From: a virus
Reading direction: 5' to 3' (one strand)
DNA: 64,000 bases
Virus record (IMG/VR): IMGVR_UViG_3300043427_003402
Made by a program: the position numbers and the translations under genes. Shown here piece by piece: positions 28,301 through 36,700 of the stretch. The notes under the pieces were generated by a model, which was given only the letters and a program-made list of their open reading frames with translations, was not told the DNA's origin and ran no database searches. How positions within the stretch are numbered: the stretch's first letter is position 1; every line of letters begins with the position of its first letter.

Positions 28301-29635
28301 TGCGCGCACCAAGCCGTGCTCTGTCGGCTCCGTATCGTGCGCAACGACCGAGTCGAAGAGTTCAACCGGCGTCTTGAACTCGGGTTTACCTGTCCGTGCG
28401 TTGAGCACGCGGGTCATTAACTGCTTACCCTGCTTCGTAGCACTCAGCGCAAGACGCACGTCCACGCCCGCGCTGGCGTTGTCGGGCGTACGTACGGGGT
28501 CGATAAACCCCATGCTTGATGGGTGAACGGCGCGAACCTCCGAGCCGATCGCGTGGGTATCACCAATTGCGCCCTCGCCCAGAGACGACAGTTTAAACGC
28601 GTTTTCCTTCATCTCAAGCGGGTTAATTTGCATGACGTGGTTAGACTGCGCGGACTGCGTGAAAAACTGATCAATGAACGGCTGCACATACCGGTGGAGG
28701 CCCACGTCCCCCAGCGCTTCGGCTTTATCCACGCGAGGGCGAAGTTTATACGCCAAGTTAAACCGGTTTTTCTCCAGTCGTTCGCGCACGAAATCTTCGA
28801 CGCCGTGAATCTCCGTAAACGCGAGCTGGTCTTTACCCGTCGGGTCTTTTTCTTTCCGGTGCACTGCCAAGACTTGTTTCGCAGCGGCCTGCAGCACGGG
28901 CGCGGTTATTTTGTCGGCCTCAAGGCCTAAAGTTAAACGGTTGACCCCGGGATCCATCTGCACATTGTGAAAATACTCGCGGATATTTGTCCGCAGCTCT
29001 GGCAGCGCCGTCGGCACGGGCTTGTTTGGTTGAATCATGCTGTGCATTGTACTGAGCGCCGCGTGCTCGTCTTTCTCCGAAAACGGCGTGTCGAAAGCCT
29101 TGCCCAAGCCTAAACTGTCGGCACCGAGAACGTGCTTCAGCACTGGGTTTAGCGGAACGCGAGTGTTGCCGAACTTGATGTTGAACTGATTTGCTTCGGG
29201 GTCGAGGGTCAGCGCGAAGTTCCGGCCTTTTGCCAAGTTGAAGTCTGCGACAGCCTCGCCAAGACGATTAACTTTGGTGTACGCTGCCGGCCGCAATCGC
29301 CGTTGCATGTTCACCTGGTACTCCTTACCGTTAATGACAAACGTGTGCCGGTTCGTAGGTGTGGGCAGAAAACCAATCCGCACAACCTTTTTGTCCAGCA
29401 GCTTGTTGTCGGCCCCGTGCATGGCTACAGTGGCCTTGACAGGCACGCCCCAAGTTCCGCCAGACATGATCGCCTGCTTCTGCCCGTTGTAGTCCGTCGG
29501 GTCAGGCATATCCGGCGCGTGAACCTGCGTCACTGTGAGCGTGCGGTTCGCGTTGGTCACCACAGGGAAAGTGTTTTTAACGCCCTCACTGAACTGGTGC
29601 ATCATGGCTTGAAAAGTTTCTTGAGGTGTACGCAC
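25346..29635 (-). CDS. rpoB-rpoC: RNA polymerase beta subunit fused to the beta' N-terminal half
   Basis: FVINGKE, HPSSMGFIDPVRTPD, RAAMGAKMLGQA, NHEDAI, GDKLSGRHGNKGVI, SRMNNGQ; then beta' motifs GGLFD, VPVIPP.MRP, LSRRQD.TGRGVI, RAPSLH, NADFDGD (25601-25621). Confidence 0.95.
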   Translation of the reverse strand: MRTPQETFQAMMHQFSEGVKNTFPVVTNANRTLTVTQVHAPDMPDPTDYNGQKQAIMSGGTWGVPVKATVAMHGADNKLLDKKVVRIGFLPTPTNRHTFVINGKEYQVNMQRRLRPAAYTKVNRLGEAVADFNLAKGRNFALTLDPEANQFNIKFGNTRVPLNPVLKHVLGADSLGLGKAFDTPFSEKDEHAALSTMHSMIQPNKPVPTALPELRTNIREYFHNVQMDPGVNRLTLGLEADKITAPVLQAAAKQVLAVHRKEKDPTGKDQLAFTEIHGVEDFVRERLEKNRFNLAYKLRPRVDKAEALGDVGLHRYVQPFIDQFFTQSAQSNHVMQINPLEMKENAFKLSSLGEGAIGDTHAIGSEVRAVHPSSMGFIDPVRTPDNASAGVDVRLALSATKQGKQLMTRVLNARTGKPEFKTPVELFDSVVAHDTEPTEHGLVRAVHQGMVIDAKPQHVQYRIPTGSQFTVSTTMVPFIQSTHAHRAAMGAKMLGQAVSLVDREPPIVDTPFARNALEDFVVRSPAAGTVHKIDPGVIHLKTAQGQVVKVNYPHEFPLNGGSFLHGDLQVKPGDKVTPGQLLAGNNFTTGAAAALGKNLTVAFMPYKGLNHEDAIVVTRQGADKLVSQHLHTEEALIDERSVFDLAKFKAHFPTEFENKHFAKVDEHGVVKVGQVLTNGDPIMLGLRKRLVTPEELILGRANKGFRQPYANKAVVWDRPYEGKVMAVEKTPEGIKVAISAKATVQVGDKLSGRHGNKGVISAIIPDHEAPRTADGQIPDVILNSAGLTSRMNNGQIFETIAAKSLQKLGIKQQVFPHFQTGNVWEKVNELARKAGTDGTEELFDPTTKRSLGRTLMGPMYMLKLFKQAETGFSARSGGEYDIDLRPAKGGEEGAKSIGTLDLYSLLAQGSRALLQDVQHKSEANPEVLQAMWQGKPLPPAKPTFAFKKFEGMLQGMGLNLKKEGNSIALLPMTNKDVLTMSSGAVTQPLTVHDKPDPTTGLPYRPEEGGLFDTRSTGGLVGNRWSHINLTEPIVNPLFANATRTLLGLTKQSYADTLYNHGAEHIKEQLSKIDVKTKIKQLSSEVNSTNSVSKKDAIYKQLKFLKALDQADLKPQDAYILNHVPVIPPAMRPIYPDSETGRLVVSDANHLYKSLMLVNDQLTEHKKIGDPTTIRDLRKGLHEAFEKVQGLDPVVENMRGERPAQGFLKVIAGSGQAKDGYFQSKLLSRRQDITGRGVIVPDPSLGIDEVGIPHDMAMKIYRNHAIGDLVQGGMPLPVAARHFEDKTPTASQAVLNVMAKTPLVLSRAPSLHKFNLVGLKPRIVDGKSLHMNTLVLKGLNADFDGDQMGVNIPVTPEGVKDVYKMLPSNNLFNPLNHAPMHVPSQETVLGLWKATAPQGSSPVARFRTKEEAIAAYREGRIRINDPISIE

Positions 29636-29637
29636 GG

Positions 29638-30927
29638 TCAGATGGCCTCCGACGCTTCTACAGCTTCGCCGTTCATCGCTCTGTGCATGTCCTCGAGCTC
29701 TTTTGCTGTGTTAACTTCCTCGGTTGCGGTGAGCCCGTACCTGTCCATGCTTAACGTAGGCACCCGGCTCTGAAAGAAATGCTTCCGCTCGTTGTGCGAC
29801 AGTGCGTTACCGAGCACCCCAGCGGTCATACCCGCCAGCGACGCGTTGGTCGCGGCGTTTAGCACGCGTAAACCGGCGCCTGTTCCAGGTCCCACATGAC
29901 GCGCTAATTCGCGAACGGCCGCGTGTGGGCGCGCTAAACCGTATGCGGCAGCCAGCACGGATGGCCCCGCGGTCATTAAGTAGGGGTGTCGCGCCATAAA
30001 TGGGATGCGCTCCCCTGATTCCTGCTCAAATTTATGTACCGCTTCATCGTGCTTTTTGACACGCGAAACGGCTCGTGTCAACGCGCCAGCTCCAAGCCCG
30101 AGAGCCGCGCCGCCCAGTAAGCCCGCGACGCCGCCCCCGGCGCGCACGGTACCTGCGCCCAGCTCCTTCGCGAGGTCTGGTACATGGCGCACTAGCGCGT
30201 GCGCCGCTGCTAGCCCCGCTAAGCCTCCCAAGGTCGCGCCGCCGGCCGCAAAATTCAAATGCTGACCCCGGCGTGTTGCTGACTCCTCGATGTTTTGCGG
30301 CCGCTCAACCAGCCCGGGGTGCAACAGCCGCGGATCCGCGAGTACCGCAGCTGACTTGCCCATCTGATACGGGGCAAAATAAGCTTCACGAGCCGCCTGT
30401 GCGTAGTTCGCCGCCAGTGGCGTCACCGTGAGCCCGCTAGCGAGCGCCCCAACGCCGGCACCAGCGAGGCGGCCTAGGCCGATACTTGGAGCAGCGAGCG
30501 CGCCCACAGCCGCGCCGGCCAACACTGGTGCGGAGTTGACGAGGTACGGGTGCCTCTCCATAAACGGTAGCACTCGGCCCGTCTGCTGTTCAAACTCATG
30601 AGCCGCCGCTGCGTGGCGGTTGAGCTTATCGTTGAAGCGCTGCGCAACGGCCGTCGCCCACCCTAACCCCCCTCCGATAGCCATAGCCGTTCGTACCGCG
30701 TCTGGGCCGGTAAGCGCCGCTACTCGCCTCGCATTCGCAGGGCTGCTGCCCCAACGAGTACTTGGCAGCAAGCGATTAAGGGCGAAAGTCCCTGCGCCAC
30801 CCAGCGCGGCGCCGACCACTGTACCGAGGAATCTTTTATCCGCGCGCTCCTCGCCCGCCTCTAGCGCGGCTTGGCCTGACGGCTTGGCTGCAAGATTTGG
30901 ATGAAGCAGGATACGATCAAATGACAT
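29638..30927 (-). CDS. Two-repeat glycine-zipper virion polyprotein (HPY family)
   Basis: Units LLHP.L...G-zippers...H..A.H.FEQ..G...PFM.RHPYL separated by GKSAA. Confidence 0.7.
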   Translation of the reverse strand: MSFDRILLHPNLAAKPSGQAALEAGEERADKRFLGTVVGAALGGAGTFALNRLLPSTRWGSSPANARRVAALTGPDAVRTAMAIGGGLGWATAVAQRFNDKLNRHAAAAHEFEQQTGRVLPFMERHPYLVNSAPVLAGAAVGALAAPSIGLGRLAGAGVGALASGLTVTPLAANYAQAAREAYFAPYQMGKSAAVLADPRLLHPGLVERPQNIEESATRRGQHLNFAAGGATLGGLAGLAAAHALVRHVPDLAKELGAGTVRAGGGVAGLLGGAALGLGAGALTRAVSRVKKHDEAVHKFEQESGERIPFMARHPYLMTAGPSVLAAAYGLARPHAAVRELARHVGPGTGAGLRVLNAATNASLAGMTAGVLGNALSHNERKHFFQSRVPTLSMDRYGLTATEEVNTAKELEDMHRAMNGEAVEASEAI

Positions 30928-30947
30928 GCTGATCTCCTAGGGCTGGC

Positions 30948-31613
30948 CTACGCCGTATAAATTGAGTCGCTGTCTTCTAGCTCATTTGCACGCAACTTTA
31001 GGTGCGGGAAAGCGTCCGCTAGTTGGTCGCGTCGCATCTTGTTAATGAGCGGCTCCGCTAGGGTGCTCCCGATCGCGGCCCCTAACCCCAACCCCGCTAC
31101 CGGATGCCGCCCTAGCGCGGTGGCGGCGGCCGCGCCAACGGCCATACCCGCCGGCCCCGCGATGAATGGCGCTGCCATGGCTGCAGCGTAAGGGTGCCGC
31201 ACCAAAAAGGGGAGCGGTTTACCGCCATGCGCATAATAGTTATCCACGGCCGCCTGATGCTTGTGGACCTTATCCAGCGTACTGGTGACGGCGTGCGCAC
31301 CTACGCCTGCGATCGAACCAAAAGACGCGCTAACAAGTGGCGCGACCGCATGCGCGTAGCGGGCCAAAACACGCAGGGACGGGTCGCTGACAGTCTTAGG
31401 GATAAGTTTTCGCGCAAGCAGCCCCGCTCCTGCGCCTAGTGACGCCCCTATACCGATTTTCGCTGCAAGGGCTTCGCGGCGATCCGCCAGTTCGTTGAGG
31501 TCCGCCGGAGCGTTGCCTTTCCACGGGTAGCGCAAAATTGTGTCGGGCGCGTAAGGTTCGGGCGGTGCGGCTGCCGCGCGCTTTAAGAGGTACAGGTGAT
31601 AAGGTAACGACAT
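30948..31613 (-). CDS. Glycine-zipper virion protein (HPY family) with leader MSLPYHLYLLKRAA
   Basis: Single copy of the unit repeated in 29638..30927 (KH..AV..Y...G..LPFLVRHPY). Confidence 0.7.
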   Translation of the reverse strand: MSLPYHLYLLKRAAAAPPEPYAPDTILRYPWKGNAPADLNELADRREALAAKIGIGASLGAGAGLLARKLIPKTVSDPSLRVLARYAHAVAPLVSASFGSIAGVGAHAVTSTLDKVHKHQAAVDNYYAHGGKPLPFLVRHPYAAAMAAPFIAGPAGMAVGAAAATALGRHPVAGLGLGAAIGSTLAEPLINKMRRDQLADAFPHLKLRANELEDSDSIYTA

Positions 31614-31632
31614 CTACTATCCCCTTCCCTCA

Positions 31633-31938
31633 TTATAGGCCAAACATAGACCGGTAGTACCGAAGGTTGGCCAGCTGCACCTCTTGCGGTGTGAGGCGCA
31701 CCTGCGGCGGATTTATTGCGGAAAAGTTCGTCGCGAGCGCGGCTATATCTGCGGCGCTACGCGCCTTGGCTAGGACGGTGAGCGGATGGCTGTTCAACCT
31801 GAATGCACGTAACTGCGACACGGGATCCCCATGCGCGTCTTCCGGAAAAGGCGACGTGGCCGTGTCATTCGATTCCAAGAACCGGTTGGTCGGCAGGTCG
31901 ACGGGGCGGAATATAGAGTAAGCGCTTTTATCTAGCAT
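31633..31938 (-). CDS. Hypothetical protein (MLDKSAY...)
   Basis: SD AAGGGG before ATG 31938. Confidence 0.55.
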   Translation of the reverse strand: MLDKSAYSIFRPVDLPTNRFLESNDTATSPFPEDAHGDPVSQLRAFRLNSHPLTVLAKARSAADIAALATNFSAINPPQVRLTPQEVQLANLRYYRSMFGL

Positions 31939-31948
31939 CGCGTCCCCT

Positions 31949-32332
31949 TTAAACAGTATTAGCCGTTCCACCGAACACGCCTAAAACTCCACCCACTATG
32001 CGCTGCTCCAGCTTCGGGCGCGCTGGGATAGGTTTACGTGTAGGGTCCCAAAGTTTTTTCGCTGTCGCGTGATAGCCTTTTCCAAGTAAGGGGAAGGCGA
32101 CACCGCCCAGCGCCCCGGCTGCAACGGCACCCCCGACGGCCCCCCTTAAGGCGCGTTGCCCTAAACTGGTTTGCCCGTCGTCGTTTAGCGCGCCAGCCGC
32201 AGCACCGGTCACTGCACCTGTGCCGGTGTGCCGCGCAACGTGCGCCACCGCCGAGCCAAAGCTCGCTTGCTTTACGGCGCGTGCACGGGCGAAGGCGGAA
32301 CGAGCCAAGTAACCAGCAGTCTGAGAGTCCAT
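31949..32332 (-). CDS. Small glycine-zipper protein with KQAS leader
   Basis: GAVTGAAAGA, GAVGGAVAAGALGG. Confidence 0.6.
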   Translation of the reverse strand: MDSQTAGYLARSAFARARAVKQASFGSAVAHVARHTGTGAVTGAAAGALNDDGQTSLGQRALRGAVGGAVAAGALGGVAFPLLGKGYHATAKKLWDPTRKPIPARPKLEQRIVGGVLGVFGGTANTV

Positions 32333-32334
32333 GT

Positions 32335-33138
32335 CTAACTCCGTAAATAATCTACAGCGCGAGTATAGCGTTGCGTCTGCTCCGCAATTTCCGTGCGTAG
32401 CGCCTGGATGCGCGCGGGCGTTACCTTAAGCTTTTCCGCGAGTTGCTGCCCGCTTAACACTGGCGCGCCCTTGTACCCGACGGTGTGTTCGAACACCACT
32501 TTGTGCACAGGGCTGAAATCGTGGTGCAAAAAGTCCAGCACCATTTCCCGGTGGCCAGTTTGTTCCATAGCCGGCTGGTTCGCTCCCGCAGCTTCGGTGG
32601 CGGAATACAGGCTCGTTTGCGCCCGGTGCAGGTCGCCTAGCCGGTGCGGCGCAACACCGAGGCGCTGCGCAATTTGCGTCGGTGTCGGTTCCGTACCGAG
32701 CTCTAGGCGTAAGTCGGCTTGTGCTGTTATCGCCTTATTCCGCATATACGCGCGATCAAGGGGCATGCGAACATCTGACCTGTGCGTCATTACAAACCCG
32801 TCTAACTTCCGTAAGTGGTTTGTAAAGTGCGTGCCCAGCGTACCTTTAGCAGGGTCGTAGCTGGGCAGGGATTGCGCCATCAAACGCTTTGCTTCCGCCT
32901 CCAAGACGACCCGCGGCAGCCCTGACGCCTCCCACCGCGAGACCTCGCGATGCACTAACGGCGCGTACTGCTCAAAAACTGCGTTAGCTGAATTCTTTTT
33001 CGGCGCGGGGCTTTCCGTAGCCGCCGCTCCGGTGCTCGCCACACTATCGGCGCCTAACATCTGCTCCTCGAACGAGGGGCGCTTGACCGCAGGTTTGGCA
33101 GCCTGTTTCTTTTTAAGCTGCTCAATAAAATTAGCCAC
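32335..33138 (-). CDS. Sigma70-family RNA polymerase sigma factor
   Basis: Region 2 YAPLV...SYDPAKG..GTH; VRMP; region 3 ELGTEPTPTQIAQRLGV; region 4 HTH SGQQLAEKLKVTPARIQ. Confidence 0.82.
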   Translation of the reverse strand: MANFIEQLKKKQAAKPAVKRPSFEEQMLGADSVASTGAAATESPAPKKNSANAVFEQYAPLVHREVSRWEASGLPRVVLEAEAKRLMAQSLPSYDPAKGTLGTHFTNHLRKLDGFVMTHRSDVRMPLDRAYMRNKAITAQADLRLELGTEPTPTQIAQRLGVAPHRLGDLHRAQTSLYSATEAAGANQPAMEQTGHREMVLDFLHHDFSPVHKVVFEHTVGYKGAPVLSGQQLAEKLKVTPARIQALRTEIAEQTQRYTRAVDYLRS

Positions 33139-33757
33139 TGGTAAGCCTCGGCGGCTCGGGTTGCAGCGCGGAGTAATGTGCCGCGCGCGCTAGCGCGCTG
33201 TCCAAGACCTGCCGTTTAGCGGCGCGCGCAGCAGCTGAGTCCGCGAAATAGCCAGCGGCCAACGTACCGGCTACGGCGCCTCCGAGGCCGGCTGCGGGGC
33301 CCACTGTGCGGTAAAGTGGCACGCCCGCAGCGAGGCCGCCCGTTATGGCCCCCGCCAACGTAAGCGGGTAAAGCTCGCGTCGGCGCGCCATGTACTCTGC
33401 GCGGCTGGTAGGATCATTCGCTAGCGCGTACTGAAACAACGGCTCTTCTAAGTGTGGCGGCAACGCAGCGACTTTTTGCTGTGCTTGCGCGGGCGAAAGC
33501 CGCGCGGTTTTCTCCAGTACAGCTGCCCACTTTTCAAGCCTCGACAAGGTGCCATACGCTTCGCGCACAGCAGCACGGGACGCCACTTTTTCCACGTGGG
33601 TGGCCCGGTGCCAGTTAGCTACACAAGTTTCTTGCGCCTTCTTGGCAAACTCCTGCAGGTGTGCCGCGTGCGCGGTATTCCGCTCGTCGAACGCTTCGCC
33701 TAGTCCGGCGGCCTTTATAACGCTGTCAGCGAGTACTTTTAAATCTGCGGAAGCCAT
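33131..33757 (-). CDS. Virion protein with KxA sites and glycine zipper
   Basis: KAAG, EKVAS, EKWAA, EKTAR; GAITGGLAAG, GLGGAVAG. Confidence 0.6.
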   Translation of the reverse strand: MASADLKVLADSVIKAAGLGEAFDERNTAHAAHLQEFAKKAQETCVANWHRATHVEKVASRAAVREAYGTLSRLEKWAAVLEKTARLSPAQAQQKVAALPPHLEEPLFQYALANDPTSRAEYMARRRELYPLTLAGAITGGLAAGVPLYRTVGPAAGLGGAVAGTLAAGYFADSAAARAAKRQVLDSALARAAHYSALQPEPPRLTSG

Positions 33758-33783
33758 ATACGCTCCTACCCCGTCAAGCGACG

Positions 33784-36700
33784 TTAATCGTTATGCGGCA
33801 ACGCCTCGAACTGGCGCACGTGTAAATTATGCCTAAGAACTAGGCCCCTAATGTTATTATCGAACACCAGTACGGCCCCGGGGTCTTTGCGCACTCCGTT
33901 GGCGAAAATAGGAGGTTGCTTGTACACAACAATTTGCTCAGGGATACCTTTTACCCCCGTGGGTAGCTTAGCTGCGGTCTGGGTCGTTTTTTGTACCGTG
34001 GTCGCGTCGGCGGCTGCCTCCTCCTCGGCGGCGGTGTTCTCGATGTCTTCTTTTAACGCGTAATCGACTAAACTGGCGTTAGCAGCGGCTAGATTGTTTT
34101 GCCCTAAGCGCTGCACGCCCCGGCGGTTGTACGCGTAGGCTTGCTGGACGGAAAGCGTACGCGACACGTTGCGGATGGTGTCCGCAAAAATAAAATTGGA
34201 TTCCACGTTCAGTAAGGGCTTCTGGTTGTTGGCAGCTTGGTTGTACCCTAGATACACGGCGTAAGTGTTAAAGTTGCGCACGTTTGCTGTCAGGCCCGTT
34301 CGCGCCTTTTGTGCCGCCTTCTGGTCCACCCGCCCAAGACCGAACCCGCCATCGTAAACAAAGATGGGCGGCAGCTTCGTTTCGAGGTCATGAAGTTGGA
34401 TCGGTAAGAACGTGCTGGGTATGACGCACGGCTTATCGGCAGTTTGGGCTAAGCGCTGGAGGTACGTGTAGTACAGCTCCGGGTCGCGCGCAATCGTCAA
34501 ATTCGATAACGGCTCATTATCTGGTCCCTTTAACGGCTCTAACCCTAACTTAGACATAATCGTGCCATTGTTGATCGGGGCCAACATAACAAACTGGTTC
34601 GTCAGCGTTTTACTAAAGGGAATCATGGCTTCGCGCTGCAGCATGTTAAAGGATGCTTTCGGCACCGTCCCTTTGGCGCGGTCCGTTTGCGTTTGTTCGT
34701 TTTGCGCGATCGCTTCAAACGCTTCTATGTCCTCCGCGTCCTCCGTGATCGTTCGCCGCACGTGCGTCAGCGTCACTGTCGTCTGCATACCGGTGGGAGT
34801 AAAGTCGTGCGCCACGGCGTGCACGTAACCGACAAGGTCGTAGCCTGTGCGGGTGGTGTCAAGAACTAGCGCGGGGTAACCAGGCGTAACGTACGGGTGA
34901 AAAGGTAACGAGACGTTTAGCGTGTGCGGCGCGACCCGTGCTGAGTAAAATTGATAGTTCAAGAACCCCCGCAAGAAGCCAAAAGTTATCTCGTTGAATT
35001 CGGGGATGTTTAGCTCTGCGGCGTTAGCCGGTGCTTGAACAAGGTCCTGGATGGCCGCTTGGGGCGCTTCGGCGGGCGCAGCACGTTTAGTGCCTGTACC
35101 TGTCGCTTGTGTAGGCGTGGGCGTAGCCGCGGCGCCGTTCGCTGCAGCCTCGGGGTACTGAGCAGAAAACTGGCGCGCGGCAGCGCTGGGCGCCGTGGTG
35201 CGCGATTCCGAAGCCGCCCCCTGCCGGCCTTCAGTTTGCGGTATTTTCTCGGCGGTAGCGGCGACGTCAGCCGGGGCAGTCGTCAGCGGGATGAACTGCG
35301 CACCCGAGCCAGAGCCGGTCAACCCTTTATCCCACGCGTTAAACTCCTCAAACAACTTGGTGCGAAAAGTGGAAATTAAAGATTGCAAGTCCTGCATGGC
35401 GGGCAAGTTATGCTGCCCGTTTAGCGCCGCCATCGACACGTTAAAGTACTCATTTAGGGGCTTGACGGGTAAGGTCCCGGACTGCTTCGCGGGCTTGTCG
35501 AGAGTGCCGACTGAAGTCACCTGCAGCTCCTGAACCGCCGCAATTAACCTGGCGAGCGCGGTTTTCTGACTGTCGGTAACGCGGCCGTCTCGGCCTAAGT
35601 CGATTGCAATCGTTAAATTACGCTCGTTTCCGGTGTCCTCGACGACACTAAGGCCGAACTTAGACACGACAGCGCTTTTCGCGTCAGCGAGCAACCTGAA
35701 AGCGTTACGCACGCTGGTCGCTTTCCAAGCGCCGCTACCGGCTTGGCAGAAAAACCAAGGCTTCACTGTCGACGAGTCAGGTACCTTCTCAAGTGTGACG
35801 GGCGCGCGCGAGGGTAGCGCCGCGCCAGGCGCCTGCGCGGCCCCCGGTGCGTCAATGATGACGCGGTAAACGACTGCGCCTTGGTCGTCCTCTGCGGTCC
35901 CGACGGTGAGCACTTCGGCTCTCACCTCTTGCTGTGCTGCTTTGCCAAACGGGATTAGGGCCCGGACGCGTCCCGACCTGAAGTCGTTAAGCTGCGCTGC
36001 ACGCAGCGGGCGCTCAGGTGAAAAACTCCAGCCCCCGGTAGGCTCTAAGCGCCCGTCGCGTGTCTCGAACCTGAACACGAGCGCGTAGCGTTGATCGGCG
36101 CCCGCCAGCTTGACGATCTCGACATTAACCGCGTCGGCCCGTACAGTCTGGCTCCGCCATCCGGTGTATGACTTACCGTAAACAGGCGTGCTGTTATTGA
36201 GTGTCGCGTCGAGCGTCGGACTTGAGCCGGCTAGCTTAACTCCCAGCGGCACGGCGCTGGATTCCGCAAACCTGTGGTAGCTCCTAGAAAGCAGCTGCAC
36301 CACCTTACCGTCCCGTAGTACCAAATAGTTCGTGTTGATGCCCTGCACCGCGGCGCGGCTAAGTGTTTCGTTTCTTTGAAAACTGTACCTGACGGGCACT
36401 AACGTGATACGCGTAGGCACGGCAAGAAAGTTGCTAGACGCGCTAGAAAAAACTCTGATTGACCCGCGAAGTGCCGCTGCGGTCTCATACGTCTTCGCGT
36501 CTAACCCGCCGTCGCCAAGCGCCACGCAAAGAAACGCCATGTACTTAGCGCGGCGGTCTTCGGGTTGCGCGGAGAACAGCTGCTGGGACAACGCATACTT
36601 TCGCTCAGTAGGATCGGAGTGCTTAGGCAGCTCCGGTAAGCCCGGTGCCCCATCGGTTTTTGACGTGCGCAGCGTCTGGCTGAGGACGACCGTATTCAGC

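Noticed and set aside
18373-29635. Cellular rpoBC locus or eukaryotic giant virus origin
   Set aside because: No ribosomal-protein context, RNAP is reduced, and terminase, capsid, holin, amidase, sigma factor and SD sites indicate a bacteriophage
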